Assembly (NCBI GenBank): GCA_036172245.1
Contig: JAYWIR010000007.1
Location: forward strand, 1,860,001 to 1,924,000
Length of the DNA stretch: 64,000 nucleotides
Origin: Raillietiella orientalis
Taxonomy: Eukaryota
Reading direction: 5' to 3'
Both the position numbers and the translations under genes were made by a program. This document shows, in pieces, positions 10,201-24,800 of this stretch. Below the pieces are notes generated by a model. That model had not been told where the DNA came from, ran no database searches, and saw only the letters and a list, made by a program, of their open reading frames with translations. The first letter of the stretch is position 1; the number at the start of each line of letters is the position of its first letter.

Positions 10201-12048
10201 TTTCTTTTATCGGTAATTCTTATCTGCTTGATTCTTCCTTGATAATTTACGCCTCTGTTTTGTATACACGTTCTGTATGCAGTACAACCGGGTATTCAAT
10301 CATCCGCCTCTTTATTTGTCTGGAAGGTCAGTAATTCACTCGGGTGTTCCTATCTTGTGAGGAAAAGTGACAGTTGTTCTCCGGAGTTGCTGCTCAAGAC
10401 GGTTGGTGCAACGAATCGGTTGAAATAGCTCATGCAGTTCCCGCGAAAAACGTCTGTTGCAATAAAATGTATTTTGGTTTGTGGATCTATTCATCTGTCA
10501 TCAAATTGTGTGCGGTTTTGTGAACCCTTTACGTGTGTTGCATCCATTTAGAAGCACTCTTGTGCTGTTGCTTTCATCCTTGTATCTGCATGCAAAGTCA
10601 CAGTGCTCCTAATGCACAGTTTGCCGTTTTGTATCTTCAGTGTAACACCGTAAATGTGTTTCCCATCAGAACGGCTACTCTTTATGAAAACGTGAAGCTA
10701 ACTAATAAGATGTAGGCGCATCCTTTAGTAGGCATTATAATGTTCGCCGTTTCTTCACGCATCTGTATGTACACGTACCCACGTATGTACATACATATGT
10801 ATGTCAGTTGATTTTATCCTTACGCTGCAAGACTTCCATGCATCTCGTAGAAGGGAACCTGGGCTGCAAATGTTCCTTTTTTGTGTTTCAAAGGAGTACA
10901 CGTGTATTTAGGAATGCATCTTAGCGGGCAGCCTGGCGTTCCTGGCAACTCATTCAACCGATTTGAGAAGAAGAAGAAGAAAAAAAAACGGCGGTTAGAA
11001 ACTTTCTAGAGTGCTGCCAATGTGAAGGCGTGGGTTCCATTTTCCTGATTCTCCGTACATTCTGAAAGCGCGCGTGGAAATGCGACAAATTGACCGGCAA
11101 AAGTGTTGAAGTTGGGTGTTGGTGGGTGAATCTGTGTTTCCTTCTTGCGTGCATGCGTGTGCGCATACACGGTGGGAATCGTTCCCTTTCCGCTGGCAAT
11201 CCCGTGGCGCGCCGATGCTCCTTTTGCTGAGCGTGAACGGGAAATTTTGAAAAGGAAGTTGGGATAAGGAGAGAGCGCAGGGCCACCTATGGAAAGATGA
11301 TTGATGCTATCGTAAGCAACTCCTTGTGATCACCGATAAAATCCAATCGGAAGGTTTTCCTTCTTTTTTTTTTTTTTTTTTCTTTGTGTGTGTGTGTGTG
11401 AGGTATTTGCACAGGTGTCATCGTAGGTGTCTTCTAAAAGTAATCCCCCAAAATAAACGGATCAGGAACGATTGCGCTACTTTGGCTTTCCTTTCGGTTA
11501 AAGGCCTTATGGGAGAACGGGAAACTTTTGCATATTCGAAATGCATCCGTGTTATGCTGTGGGGTGTTCTTTTTGCATGTTCTCTTTTGTTACCAAACGT
11601 AAGATTTTGTACCGCGTGGAAGTGTTTTGTCTTTTTTTTTTTTTGCTTTCCGGCATGCTTGAAAATGGCGTTAGAACTCGGTGGGAGCACTCGAAATGAT
11701 GCAAAAAAGGCAACCAGGTTGATAACTTCATTTCGTTTGCACACATCGGGTGGTGGTGGTGGTGGTGGTACGCCGAAGGCAGCATGAAGGCAAGGGAATG
11801 CTTGCTAACAGCATCCTCGTAGCAAAATCTATAGAAGAAAGTCACCCTCTCTAAAGTGAACGCAAGGAAAAGCTATGCCTCACCCAAAAGTGCTGAAAAG
11901 TGGGAGTGCACGGAAGAAATCATTAAGGTGTGTGTGTGTGTTTGCGAACCACAGCAAGTACATGGTAGATGAAGAGAGGAAAGGATCTTTCGAAAGTGGG
12001 AACACGTATGTGTCTCTTGAGCTGATCATGGCATGATGAAAAATTTCA

Positions 12049-12780
12049 TGACGTCAATGCATTCGTAACTGTTAATTTCCTGTTTGTCAGCTGAATGACA
12101 TGAGATTGCATAGGAGATTGGGATACCCCCGAGATAAACGGAAATGTCTTCATTCGTGAAGTGTTTCAGATTTTCAACGGGGCAGGCCTTGTTAGGTTAC
12201 TTCAGCAGCAGCTCGAGTCTTTTGTGTTTAAAAAGGCTATAGATCCACATTACTTCCTGTTCCTTGGATTCCGGCGGTGCTTCCCCTCCCCTCCCTCCCC
12301 ATAATATACACTTGCATTTTCCCAAATCACTCTGTTTCGGTGGACACTTCTTTTGCTAGATGTTTTCCTTTTTTCGGATCCTGATCGAAGAGCACACCGT
12401 CGGGGGCTTCAAACTACAAATTGGAAGATGTGCTTTCAGCCGAGATAATTGTTTTACGGCACGTTTTCCTCGTATGCCTTTAGCTGTTCCTCCGCCGCCA
12501 TTTAAGTTATTTCGAGCTCGGTGACGTCATTTTGACCATGTGCAAATTCCTGTTGCCCCCATTTCGAAGATTGCGAGGCTATCTTTACCTGGGGCTCCCT
12601 CCGAGTAACAACTTGGTACAATTAACGTTGTTTCGGTACGAGACGGTGTCCATCGAGCCGAATCGAACCGCGCGTGCGGAGGGAGTCCCGGAACGAAAAA
12701 CGGGAGAGGTTCGTACGCGACGGCGCGCGTGCGCCCCTCCCGAGACGGTACTTTTTCGAAAACCGGGCCGAAAATGGGGG
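12049..12780 (+). promoter_or_regulatory. Candidate internal promoter with two CRE palindromes and a YY1/Pho-like motif
   Basis: TGACGTCA at 12049-12056 and 12522-12529; CCGCCATTT at 12495-12503; CpG-rich 12630-12780. Confidence 0.35.
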
Positions 12781-12792
12781 AAAATCACGTTA

Positions 12793-12835
12793 ATGCCATT
12801 CGAAATCGAGAACGATGTGCGATCGCAGGACCAGG
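12793..12835 (+). CDS. ens: Candidate alternative first coding exon of ensconsin/MAP7 (MPFEIENDVRSQDQ)
   Basis: ATG at 12793 and strong donor CAGG|gtaagc at 12836, phase 1. It lies just downstream of a CpG-rich promoter-like region. Confidence 0.4.
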
Positions 12836-15800
12836 GTAAGCGGCTTCATGATATTCCACGCGAAGTGTTATCGATTTCGGATGCATCCGGCTCGTGGGTG
12901 TCTGCGTGTTGTGCACAAGGCTTGGACCGTGTGGTGTTGTAGGGGATGTAGGGTTGCGCGCGCGCCGTGGTCCGCCCGAACCTCGCTTTCACCGGGACTC
13001 CCGGGACACTGGGGATTCTGTGGTTCGGATCGCCATTTCGTGGATCTGAAAGCGGTGTTCGACAAATGGCATCGTAAGTTTTTCCCGTTCAGTGCAGGGC
13101 AATTGTGGGAACCTTGTGCACCCTGCCTTGCGCGATGGCTCAATTACTCGTGCATCTCTTGTGGCAGCCATATCGTGGCCATTATCGGAATAATCGCGCG
13201 CGCGAACTGTGGAAAGCACCGGCCGCTCGGTTGCACGGAAGAAGAAGGAGAAGAAGAAAAAAATGGTCCGCCTCCTCCGAGACGTGCAGGCCTCGCGTCC
13301 CGAACACCCGTAGACGAAGCACGCGGGATGTACTCTTGCACAGATCGCCTCCGTTCCTGCTTTGTGCCGTGGTCCGGCCGTGAACCGATTTGCTTCGACT
13401 TCAAAGTGGACTTTGTGGATGAAAGTGTTGTAAAAGTAAATAGCGGCGAAAGTAACGAGCAGCGGAGGGGGCAGCGGGCAGAAGTATGAAGTGTTATTAA
13501 TGAAATCTGGGTAATGGAGAAGGAGCTGTCCTTCTCTCGGAGAACGGCCCAGAAACGGTTCGTTTGAGTTGTGGTGAACTTTTGTTTGCAACTTTGCAAG
13601 TAGGTAGGTAGGTGTAGGTGGAAGCGCAAAGCATAAATTGGTACAAAGAAGAGAGGGGAGGGTTGGTTACTGGAGAGCAGCGGTCTGGGCGTGAGCTCTT
13701 CCCGTTCCAGTGAGATGGAAATTTCGCTCTGGAAAAGTCTCGTGGAGCGAGGCACTTTGCTCGTCTGCTGCAGAGAGATTCGAGGATTGCCCGTCGGAGC
13801 CGAATCATAGGGTGAATCAAAATTGCCCAGGATTTCATCGAACGGAGAGCATTCAGCAATCGCAGCGAAGCTGGTTGCCACGTGAAAGACCTCTTGCAGT
13901 GGTCGCAAGCATCTTGAAGGTTTTGCGCAGTGACGAACTGGAATTTTATCGATTGCTAGATTCTTGAATTTTTTTTCTTCTTTGTCTTGAGGTCTAATTC
14001 TGTGCAAATCGGTCAGATGCGATTTGCTTGGCGCGATTGAAGGTCAAGAACACGAGATTCCCATTCGAAAAAGGAATCCAGATGTTCGCTAGATGTGAAA
14101 CTGGAAGCGACGCTTCTCGAATTGCCCTCCCCCCAAATCACGAAAGATTAACTTCCCGTAAAGTTATTAGAACTGATAATTGGCAGAGTAACCGTGGGTT
14201 GCTCTGTCTGTGTTTCTGCCTGCCTTTCTCCGTTACGCACTTCCTCAGCATGCAATGCTCATTTGATGGGTTTCAGAAGAGCGTTCGAGAAATGTTTGAA
14301 TCCGCTGCTTTTCTTCCAAGTGCAATGTCTTGGAAAGTGAATCGACAGTTGTCGCTTCGGAAAGTGGCTTTCCTCGATAAATGAAAGTCAGAGGTTAAGT
14401 ATTCGGGTGTCTCCCGTAGAGTAGAGTGACATTACTTGTGTCTTTTCGTGGTTGGCTTTGCCAAAGTCCCGCCAACTCTCTCTGCGGTGTTAGTGCGTGC
14501 AGGTCGCTCGCTGCTGGTCTTTCTAGTTGCAGGGAAGGCGACATTACGGCAGGAAAGCGCACGTATGCTTCCATACATGTCATTCCTACATATGTGCAGC
14601 GTCAGCATCGTGCACGTTAAACACGACCGACTGATGGAAGGTCCAGAGAAAAATCTCTGCTTCGGGCACCGCAATGTTCAACATGGGAGCATCTTTATTT
14701 TCGTGTGGTTTGGTTGTTTTCGGTTTTCGGATAGCGAACCGAATGCTGCATAGACCGCAGAATCAAACCGGAGGAATAAGGAAAAGGTGGAACCGACAAC
14801 GAAAATCCACCAGAAGAAAACGGTTTTGAGCTTGCGCATTGCGTTTCCGCCGAGATTTCGGTGCTGTGCCCCTACGCGCGTGTTTGCCACACGGCGGTGG
14901 TGGTGGTGGCCTTTTTCTCGATAGCATGGAGAATCCGCCGAGATCGTAACGAGCGGAAGCACCGAGTTCGTTGGTTCGTTTCGTGCGAGTTCTTGGATTT
15001 TTCTGGAGCAGTGAGGTTCGGGATTGCTGAGGGATCGGCTGTGATGAAAGCACGACGAAAACGTGCAACGGCATCGGGCGAGGAACGATGCTTGCTCCAG
15101 ATCTCTGCGACAGCGAAGAGCGGTGGAGATTTATTTCCACCGTTGGCCAAGGTTTCTTTCTTTCCCTTTTCCTTTTTTGCTCTCCCGCCCCGTTTTTCTC
15201 AATGGTTAGCATCGCGCTCTTGATTAGTCGGTTCTGGAGCAGGCGGAAGCCGTGGCTGCATTCCGTTCAAAGAGCGGGGATTGTGTGCATGCAAATCACC
15301 GTGATCGCTGAAGCGCCTGCGAGATTTTCCTGTCCCGAGCTTCCTGCTTCCTGGATGTTGGCGGAATTCTGTTGGAGCAACCATCTGTACGGAAATGAAA
15401 AACCATCTGCATGAAAATACTTGCGTCTTGCTGACGCTTTGCAGACGTACCCATTATGTCGATATTTTCATGGGAGCCTTCTTGCTAGGACGGGGACGTC
15501 CGTGGGGTGGTCAAAGGAGCGAATTTGCCGTCAGCACAAGGGTCCGAGAGATGGGAATTTTTTTGTTTTTGTATTTTCTCAAAGTAACGTGGAAAGAAAA
15601 TCGATGCTACCAAAGGCCTTTTTTTGTTTTCAAGAAGGGAAAGCTTCGGAAGGTTGGGTGAAACAATAACAGCGTCGATGGATCTCAGGGTTCAGAGTAT
15701 TGGGGGTTCCTCGCTTTGCCTTGTGAATAGGAGGCGAGGAAAGTGTGGTGTTGGTAACTTAATGGAGAAGTGTTTTTCTGGGAGAGCTGATGGGGGAGTT

Positions 15801-18800
15801 GTGAAAGCAAATAGGAACAATTTCTTTCACGGAACATGACGTTACTCACGAAGAGATTTTAATGTGGCGATGGATGGGTTCGCTGCCACTGCTGCATCCG
15901 GAAGAAGGTGCTTGTAATTTCGAGTACACAGATAGGGGGAAGGCTGGCGGGTGTGTGCTTACACGTAAGATAGGCGTGTGCACATACAGCAACTTGGATT
16001 TGTTCGGCGTTGTTGCTGTCGTCGCAGCACGAAAGTGTACGAGTGAGCGGACGTTGCAGTTTGCAGTAATGATGGGTGATTGTTTCTGTGGACCATACAC
16101 GTTACGTGCATGTGTACGTGTGTGTGCCGCGTGTTTTCCTCTTCCGTTTTTCCATTCAGTCAGTAGTTTTGCATCAGGGCAGTGGGGAGAAACCGAATGG
16201 AAAAAATGAGACTGACCTGGATGTGGCAGCACCCTCTGTCCATTTCATTACTTTCGAGGAATAACACGCCTTTTTCCTACCTATGGTTGTCGTTTAATCA
16301 CAGGCCTGTAGGAGGAAGCTTCTGCCGCGGAAGCAGTTTTTGAAAGTGGGGCACGTGAGCGTTCTTCCAGAATAGTGACTAGCATGAGAAAGACTCTTGC
16401 TCGAGACTATGGACGAGCCTGTACTTAAGAGTAATAAGCGAAACGTATTGCCCTCCTAATTAGTGAGCCGATCCTCCCTGGAAGGCAAGCTGCTCGGTAA
16501 CGAGCCCACGGCGTGTGCTTTGCTTCCGGGTAGGGGGGGAGTTGGTTCGCTCGGCACTCCTAGTATTGATTCGGATCGTCTGTGCCGTCTGATGCGATTT
16601 CCAATAACTTCCAAATTTTCGGCCCTCCGCCGAATCAATGTGCGGCAGGAAGCCAGCCTCGTGCGTCTCACCCCGGAGGTCCTCTGGGTTCCTTCGACAC
16701 GCGCTCGTCCATGAGCACGTGCCACACCCTTGCGAGGAACGTGTCGGCAGCTTCTGCTTGCGTTCCTCGTTTTGACCTCTGCTTTTGTTTCCGTCTTGGA
16801 GTGCGGAAAGCCTTGACCCATCCATGTTTCGGCAGGGACTGTAAACTGCAGTCTGCTAGCGGTGTGAGCCGACTCGCAGCTCTCCTGGTTGGCAAACACG
16901 GACGGGAGAAGAGGGGGAGGAGGAAGCGTTTACTTGTTTGTTTGTTTGACAATTGGATATTGAGAGGGTATTGCTGTGGGCTGGAGTCCTCCCGGGGAGG
17001 TCTCCGCCCTGCTTTCTTGGCTTCTTTCGTGCGGATCCAAAGCAGTCCCGCGACAAGTATTCTTGATCTTCTGGGAGCGTGTCTGCTCGACTTCTGAAAG
17101 TCTGTACCAGTGGTTGTCGTTCGCTCGGAATTTCGTTCGATGGGTGCGTTTGGAAAGCGGTAAAGGAAGGTGTGTGTGTGCGTTCAGATTTTTCGTCTGA
17201 TATCACAGTGTCTCTACCGGTTGCCACCACTTGCGCCTTCGCCGACGAACTCTGTATGAGCCTTCGAGCTCCGATGGCTACTTTTTCCTCAATGCTCTTC
17301 CCCGTTACACTTGAAAATGTTGAGGCGAACCTACTCTCCCCCAAAGGGCGCATCGTTCCAGAAAGTTTCCCTTGCGCATGCATTCCCATGGCCATTATTC
17401 CTGCGAGGGGATACGCTTAGGAAACGAGGCGTGCTTCTCCCTGTCGACTCACTTCGGCCTGCAGTCCGGTCTTGCCTTTCTGAACTAAGAACGACATTTG
17501 GGGACGATGCCACCTCCGTCATATGGACCCGCGGGAAGTCCCTGCAGTTGCATCTCTTGGATGTGGGACCGGAAAGAAAGAGGAGGACGTGCTGTGTACG
17601 CACTTGTATTGTGGGCCCAGCCTCTCCCGAACGATGGGGTGTCTTGGATCACTCGAGCCTCTCTCAGTCGTGAGAAAGGATCTCCTGGACGGTTTTTCTG
17701 ATTTCTCGGCGCGCAGAGTGCCGCTTCCTCCTGTTGTCGCGAGAGACGAGTGGGCGGCGCGAGTGGGCGCTGCCGTAGCGCACCAGGTCGGGAGGAGGAG
17801 TGCGAAGGGATCCTGGTGTCTGCCTCGCTCCAAGGGAGGCTCCTTCGAACTTCGCCAGGCAATGTGGAATAGGCCGTTCGCTGACCAGGTACGTTCCTTC
17901 ACATCCGCGGCATCAAGCCCCTGCATATGCTTCCACCTCTCCGGTGCGTTTTCTTCCCGGAACGACTGTCCGTCGTTCGATCACAAAGAAACGTCTTCTC
18001 CAGCCCAGGTACAGCGGCTGCACTCGCGAGCTCGGCGTGATGATGAAGGCGGCGCTCTGTGGAAGAGGAACTTGGAACAGTCGAAGAAGAGAATGGGAGG
18101 AAATGGCATTTATGAAGGGCGAAATTCTCAGGAGCTTTCGTGTGCGAAGCCAGGAATCCTGGAGAAAGGGAACAGTATGGGACTCTTCTCATCAGCTTCT
18201 GCCGCCATTCTTCGAGAGGCGGAGACCCGGCAACCGCAAATTCGGCGGGGTTCTTGTTAGAAAAGGAGAGCTTCGAGTCGTGATGGCGGAGGCGACTCCT
18301 ACCTTTCCACCCGCAACGAGGGTGGACAAGTGGGGAGGGATGCTGCTGCACCTTGTGGCCTCTGCTCGTGCAGTCCATCGACACAAATTATAAAGAACTC
18401 TCCTCTCTCTCAGGCCGAATGCGGGATGCAGTGATCCCTTCGAATCCGAGAGACTTGCGAGTTCTCCTCCCTTCTTCCCCCGTGCTCACAGCAGAGCTTT
18501 GCTGCTGGCACCGCCGCCGCCCGTGCGCATGCTGCGAAAGGAGTCGGTCAAGCACGTGGCGCATCGTTTCCGTTTCCACAGCGACAGCAGCGGATGCGTT
18601 TCAGTTCCTACTTCTTTTGTTTATTCGTAGAAGCATGTTGCATTCACCTGTGCACGCCGTACTGTACATGTGTGTTCGTAATCACAGTCTGCGGCTGTCT
18701 TGGTAAAGAGTTCTCTAGTCATTGCTACCACACGCGTTTTTTTCCGCTCTTTTGTCTCAAGCGGCATGGCGAGTACATGACTTCACCCCCACCGCTTTCC

Positions 18801-21800
18801 TCGTAATTCGAGATCGCCATAGCGGTGGCAGCAAGTTCATCTGCGGGCTGTTCTTGGCGAAAGGGAAGTGAAGTTCAACACGGCATTGAGAGGTAGAGGG
18901 CAGGTGGTATCCTCCGTTCAAGTGACCAGCTGTTGCGCGCGCTGCGTTCGTTTCGTTCCTTGTCTTTCGGTGCACACTCCCTCCTGTTTTCATGCGCCCG
19001 TTCGCAAGCCCCCGAAGTCACACGCGTATTTTGCGTGCCCCCTAAAGCTCTCCTCCCGTTCTCTGGAATTTCCGCGCTGATGACGATTTGCACATACACC
19101 CACGTCCCCCACGCGCATTCAGTGTTGAAGAAACCGCTTTCTTTCCCTCCTCTTCTTCCATTTTCTCCGGATGTTCTTCAGCTTGCTCGTCATAGACTCC
19201 TGAGTGTGGTGATCCATGAAAGAAACGCCGAGAGCAAGTTACTCTCCTTCTGCGTGGTTGCGCCGCCTGGATCTTCTCATCCACACGTTTACACGCACGC
19301 TTGGATCGTGGCGCGATATTCTTGGTGCAGCTAGATTAGATCCAGACTGGCTTCATCTAAGACCGCTGTTAGTGGGAGAATTTTCAATGCGGGGAAAAGG
19401 AAAGGGCCCATTTCGCCTCTCATTCTCGCCCAAACCAAATGCTTCCCTGTTCTGGTAACCAGGTAGGACCACGCGAAGGCATTACTGTCTCCGTGATGGG
19501 ACTTGGTTCGATTTCTGCGTGCAGGGTGGCGACGGCTTTTTTTCTCGTGTCCACAGCTGGAATTGCCTATTCGATTGTTTCGAAGCCCCGATCTCCAGAC
19601 AGACGGGAGTTTAGGGAACGTTGTTGCCGTGCAGTGCTCCTTTGCATGGTTGCTAGGCATTCTCATCTGCGTGCGACCAGGAACGCTTTGATTCGCGGCT
19701 CCTTCGTTCATGTTTCGGAGGCGGTGCGTCTTCAGAGGTATATTGCTTTGGCTTTCTTTGCCTTGTTCGTCCTTTGTGTTGCCTTTTTGTCCCGGAATTA
19801 TCGGTGGCAGCAATCCAATCCGTCCCGTAGCCTGCTTGCGTTTAGGGGAGGTGCCTGGTAACTCAGTCAGCTTCCCAGCGGCGTTGTCCATGTTCTTTGT
19901 GCAGTCTCCTGCACAGGTGTTCTTCAAGGGAGTGAGTGTTGTGTGTGTGTTTCTTGTTGCGCTTTCCACTCGCTCTCGTTCCCGCCCCGCCAACGCACGC
20001 ACGCTCCTGCACCCGGCACCAAAGGCTGCAGGCAGATCGAAACTTCTTTGCGAGTCGAAGGGATTCTGCATCCGGTTTTCCATCTCTGGCTGCTACGTGG
20101 ACTCGTCTACCCGCCAGGCATTCGAGGATCTAGCGAATTGAACGTCGTAGCGCGTGCTGCTGATGGTGGTGCTGGGTGCAGTGTTCGGTGTCCTTGTGAA
20201 AAGGAGTGTGGCTCAGGACAGCATTCGTGGTCCACTCTTGAAAAATGAAGGAGGATACGTTCGTTCTATCGCGGTCTCAAGGGCTGACGGCCCATATTTC
20301 CTTCGTCGTTACCACCGTTCACGAGGGGCAGCAGCTATGTCCAACCACACCATTGTCCGCTCGGGTTGTCGGTGATTCTCGTGAGCGGTCGGTGAAGCGT
20401 CACCTTTGACGTCGCTAGCGAAACCGAAAACTTTCCTGAACTTTCGACTACGCCAGTTGCATGCGTGTCGGGCTGTCGCGCATCGGTGGCGGCGACTGCA
20501 GCAACCTCTCTCCCCCCCACTTGCTCTCCCCACAACCAAACAGGGAAGTGAAGTCCCTCGCTGCAGAAGGACCGCCAGAGTTACGCAGACACGCAAAGCA
20601 CTTCGGACCAAGTGAACCTTTCGTGTTTCTTAATTTTTTGCGAATGCTCGCGGACACATGTGTCAGCCTTGATACACCATTTCATGTCTTTGCACCTTTA
20701 CCCTTAATGAAGCCTGTTGGATTCTTGGTTTTGCTTCTGCTGCTGGAAGAGCAGCCGTTTGGCAGCTGTGCTTTACGTGGCACTGAGCACTGCAACTCCA
20801 AGAGATGTTTGCATTCACGATGAAGAGATGAGAGATTCATCTCGCAGCTCTACCAGTGCTGGGACTGCTCCAATGTTCTCCTCTGCTTTGCCTTCGTCGA
20901 GAAGAGTGTGTGGCTTTTAATGCGTCTGCCAAAAATTAAGTAACATTTAAGTGGTATTGCAGGCAAAAAATGAACTGGCGGAGGATCGTGACGAGCGTGT
21001 ACAGTCAAGATGAGTAGAAAGACAGAACGGATCGTCCAACTGAAGAAGTTCCCCCTCCCTCCCCTCCCCCCTTCCCAAAGAATAAAGCGGCAAAGGGCGC
21101 TTCCATTCGTTGAAAAAGTGTCATTCAGTTCATGAAAGGCAGTTTGGCCCAGGCGGAATTCTCGAAAAATGGCATTTCCACGGTTTTGACTATGTACCAG
21201 CCAGTCTGAGTTGCGAAGAAACCAGCCATTGGACCAGCCGCGACTTTTTTTTTTTTTTTTTTTCCACTCCATAAAGTGTTTAGCGAAGAAATTAAAAAAG
21301 TGTTCTCGTGGAGTGTCCCCCTGCGCATCGATTTTCCTCGTAGCAGTGCGTACGGTGTTACCATTACGAGGAACGTGACAGCAGAGTATGGTGTTGTGCC
21401 TCACTAAGCGTGTACGAAGTGTTCGTAGGTCGATTTCCGAACCGTTTGTTCTTTGGTCCATTCAGAAGTGCGCTGGAAACGAACATTGGAACTCCTGCAC
21501 TGAACTCTCAGTCATTTACTAGACGGTGCTGCAATGACCCACAGGAGATCGCACTTCCATTTGCGTTCCTTATTGCTTCAGCATCGTGCAGGAGTGTGTA
21601 GCTCGCTTTTGTGAAGGGCGTTTGAGTGTTTCGCTGGCGTGGGAGGGTTGCGATGCTCGTCGCATCCTCGGAATCTCTTGTGACACATCTCTTTGCTTTG
21701 GGATGCATAGGTGCTGTGGGACGACGCGTTTTGCATGGAACCTGCGCTCGATCCGCTGTTTACGGAAAGCGTGACTCACAAGCGAGTGATTTTCGTCTCT

Positions 21801-24800
21801 CGTATTCATTTTCCAAGGGCGGAGATAATTGCAGATGTAATTTCGGAGGAGGCAATCGATTTGCTGCAGTGTTTGTGTTCGCTGTGATTTGTACTCCGTA
21901 TGCGTCATCTTTCTCCTCTTCCCGTACACTGTTCGACAGAGGATGATTTTCCAGCCACGTGAACAACTTATGCGAACTCCCACGCGTGGAAGAAATTTCA
22001 GCATAGCAACCGTTGACCTTCATGTTGGTGTTCATTGTTGCCACGCCCCTCTTTTTAACTCACCATAGCTGCTCGCGCTTGTTGCCATACCGAATGAAGA
22101 CTAATCTCTTGCATAAGAGGAAAAGCTGTTCTGCTGTTCTGCCTTCTTTTCGGAAGACGGGAAGATGGCTCTCTTCCTGGGGCACAGGTGGGATGCATTG
22201 GGAATGCTGCAGGCTCAAACGTAAGGTTGCAGCATCACGGAGCAGCGAAAATCCGAGCAGGGGAAGCAGACCGCATTGCCAAGAACGGATGTCGGTTGAG
22301 TGAGCGGGAGGGAGGATCTCATGGCGTGGATGGCAGCACTCAGACGGCGGTGCTGGTATTGCACCTGCCAGGTTCACCGACTGGGATCAGTCTCACGTTA
22401 GCATCTGATTTCTTTGAATTGCCAGTGTGCGGATGCAGGGTTCCCCATTTCGCGCCCAACGGAATGGCGTTCCTCACTCTGATTGGCTGCGCTTTAGGTT
22501 CGCGGGATTCTTTGGGAACTCTTCTTCCTTCACTCCTTACAAGCAGGACGATGCTTGATGTTGCTTAATTTTTTTTTGTGTTTTTGTCTGGTTTCTCAAA
22601 CTCGTTTGCAATCGAGCCCTCCCACCAGAACGGGCAGTGGAATGGGAGACGAAGAGCACGAACGTCAACTGTTCGAGAGTCTCCTCCCGGCTGCAGAACT
22701 CGGTGATTCAGAACGGTCTCCACCGATCCGTTTGCGCTCCCGATACTGGAGTAGCAGGAAGGAAAAGCACATCCTTGAATGCGTGAAAAAGCGCACGTTC
22801 GTTTCTCTGTGAAAATCATCTCCTGCAGCTTCGCCAAGGGAACCGTCGAGAACAGCACGAGGTCTTGCGACATGGGGAGGACTTCTGGGAAGGACAAACT
22901 TGGACTCGTGGAAAAGGGAGTAATCGTTTCATGAAGGGAGGAAGCGAGCCGGGTCCATGCAGCTCACAAGAGAATCCCCTTTCGGATCGTAGCGTACGAT
23001 GCCTAGAAGCATGGGCTCTCTGGTTCGACCGGCTTGCACAGGCTCTTTGACAAGCCATGTGGTGCAAGTGGAGTGGAGTAAGCAGATAGTAGTGAACGTG
23101 GAGTAGCAGAGGCTGGCAACATCCTGATCCTGTGAACTCCTGAGGGTTGTTGGTCTTCCGAGTGTTTCGCTTCGGAAAGATTCGCTGATGACTTGTGTCG
23201 GATGGATCTCCAAAGCAGTCATTCCCCTTCTAGCTGATTCTTGGGAACCATTAATGCCTTTGGTTGCGGCGCTGTGTGAGAAGAAAATAAGAATCTTCAC
23301 AGAAGATGAAATCTTGGAACTTTTGGCGACTCTGCGAGTTGGTTGCCAGATTATGACTTTCTTCTTTGAAGATGCAATCCAAATCTATTAAATGAACGAC
23401 CAGCGATTCCTCAGGACTATTCCCTGTAGCCTTTCTCATCCTTCCACATTGAACTTTCCATTGTCTCCCTTCTTCTTTCTTTTCATTCTTTTCTCTCACG
23501 GAAGATGTCGGAGGCCTTTGCGAACTCTGCGTCTGGATCTTAAAGTTTCTGTTGCGAGTACGGTGCTCGGTTTTCTAACCGGACCCACGGAGTGTCCAGT
23601 GCGCACTTGGAAGGGAAAAGTCCTTTTGTGTTTTCCAGAATTTGGAACAATTCACATAGTGTGCAATCCGATCGGAGTTTCGACGCGTGCGCTCCACCTC
23701 CATTAAAGGCGCTTTTCCCACGCTTGTGAAGTTAGCTAGCTGATGGGGTCTTCCCCCAGCCCACCACTACCCGTTTCTTCCTGCCAGCCTGCCTCCCGTC
23801 GCGATGTTTCGGATGTCCCCTGTTTCCCGACCCAGAAGCCCCGCACCGGTGTTTAAGGATCCTGGAGTATTTTCTCTGCAACACTTGAACGCAGTGTTTT
23901 GAGTAGGGAAATGGACCCTGTCTGCAGATCATGTTTTCTGGAGTGGTTTTCCGTTCATTTCCTTTGCAGAATACCGGCAATCATTAAACAGGGCTAATCT
24001 CATCGCACGATCAGCGCATCAGAGTTGGATCCGGTGCTGCTTTTGGACTGCATCCTTCTGGATATGATACATTTCTGCCGGCTCAGACCACTCTTCTCTC
24101 TCTCTGTCTTTAGATGGAATACGCTCGCTCTCGTTTTCCCCGCTGTTAACGTGGGGATCGTGGAAATTAATCTCGTCATTGCATGAGAGGCGTGCGAGTG
24201 TGTGAAATAGAAGTTATTTATCTTGCATAATCATCAGCATGCCGTTAGTCAGCTGAGCAAGTTATTTATTTTTATTTTTTTTTTTTTGCATTCTTTCTGT
24301 TGACTAACTGATCAGTTGTGACGTATGTGGCATTTTGTTTCCGGGATCATTTCAACAGTGTGTCCTTTGACGGTGGGTTCTTCATGTTAGTGACGTCACG
24401 ATCTCCAAGCCCGAAAACGTTTCGTGCTGTTTCCCAGTCTCGCATGTGCATTTGTTTTTGCTGCCTTGTACGCTTCAAGTTGTCGGCATGCGACGTGTCC
24501 GTGTTTTTTTTTTTTTTTTTTCTTTGTTTTTGTTTTTGTTTTTTGTGTTTTTGCGTTCCCTCCTCTTACCGAATAAATGTTTGTGTGTAATGTGCACGTA
24601 TCTTGGGATCTTCACCTGGTGCGCAATTGGTTTATTTTTAGTCCTCTCCAAGCGGTGGAGTCCTCGCTCCACCGCTTGCTTCCCGCCAAAGATTATATTC
24701 ATAATGTGGTCGGTCCAGTTTTGCTTCACGCACGCCTCACGTCGGGCGTTGTTATGGTTTCGTGCGCTCAGGCGGGCAGGAGGCCTCATCTCTCAGAGCA

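Noticed and set aside
17523..18393. Overlapping 245-aa and 197-aa ORFs in the MAP7 upstream intron
   Set aside because: No recognisable motif or convincing exon structure, and long ORFs occur on both strands as expected in GC-rich DNA.
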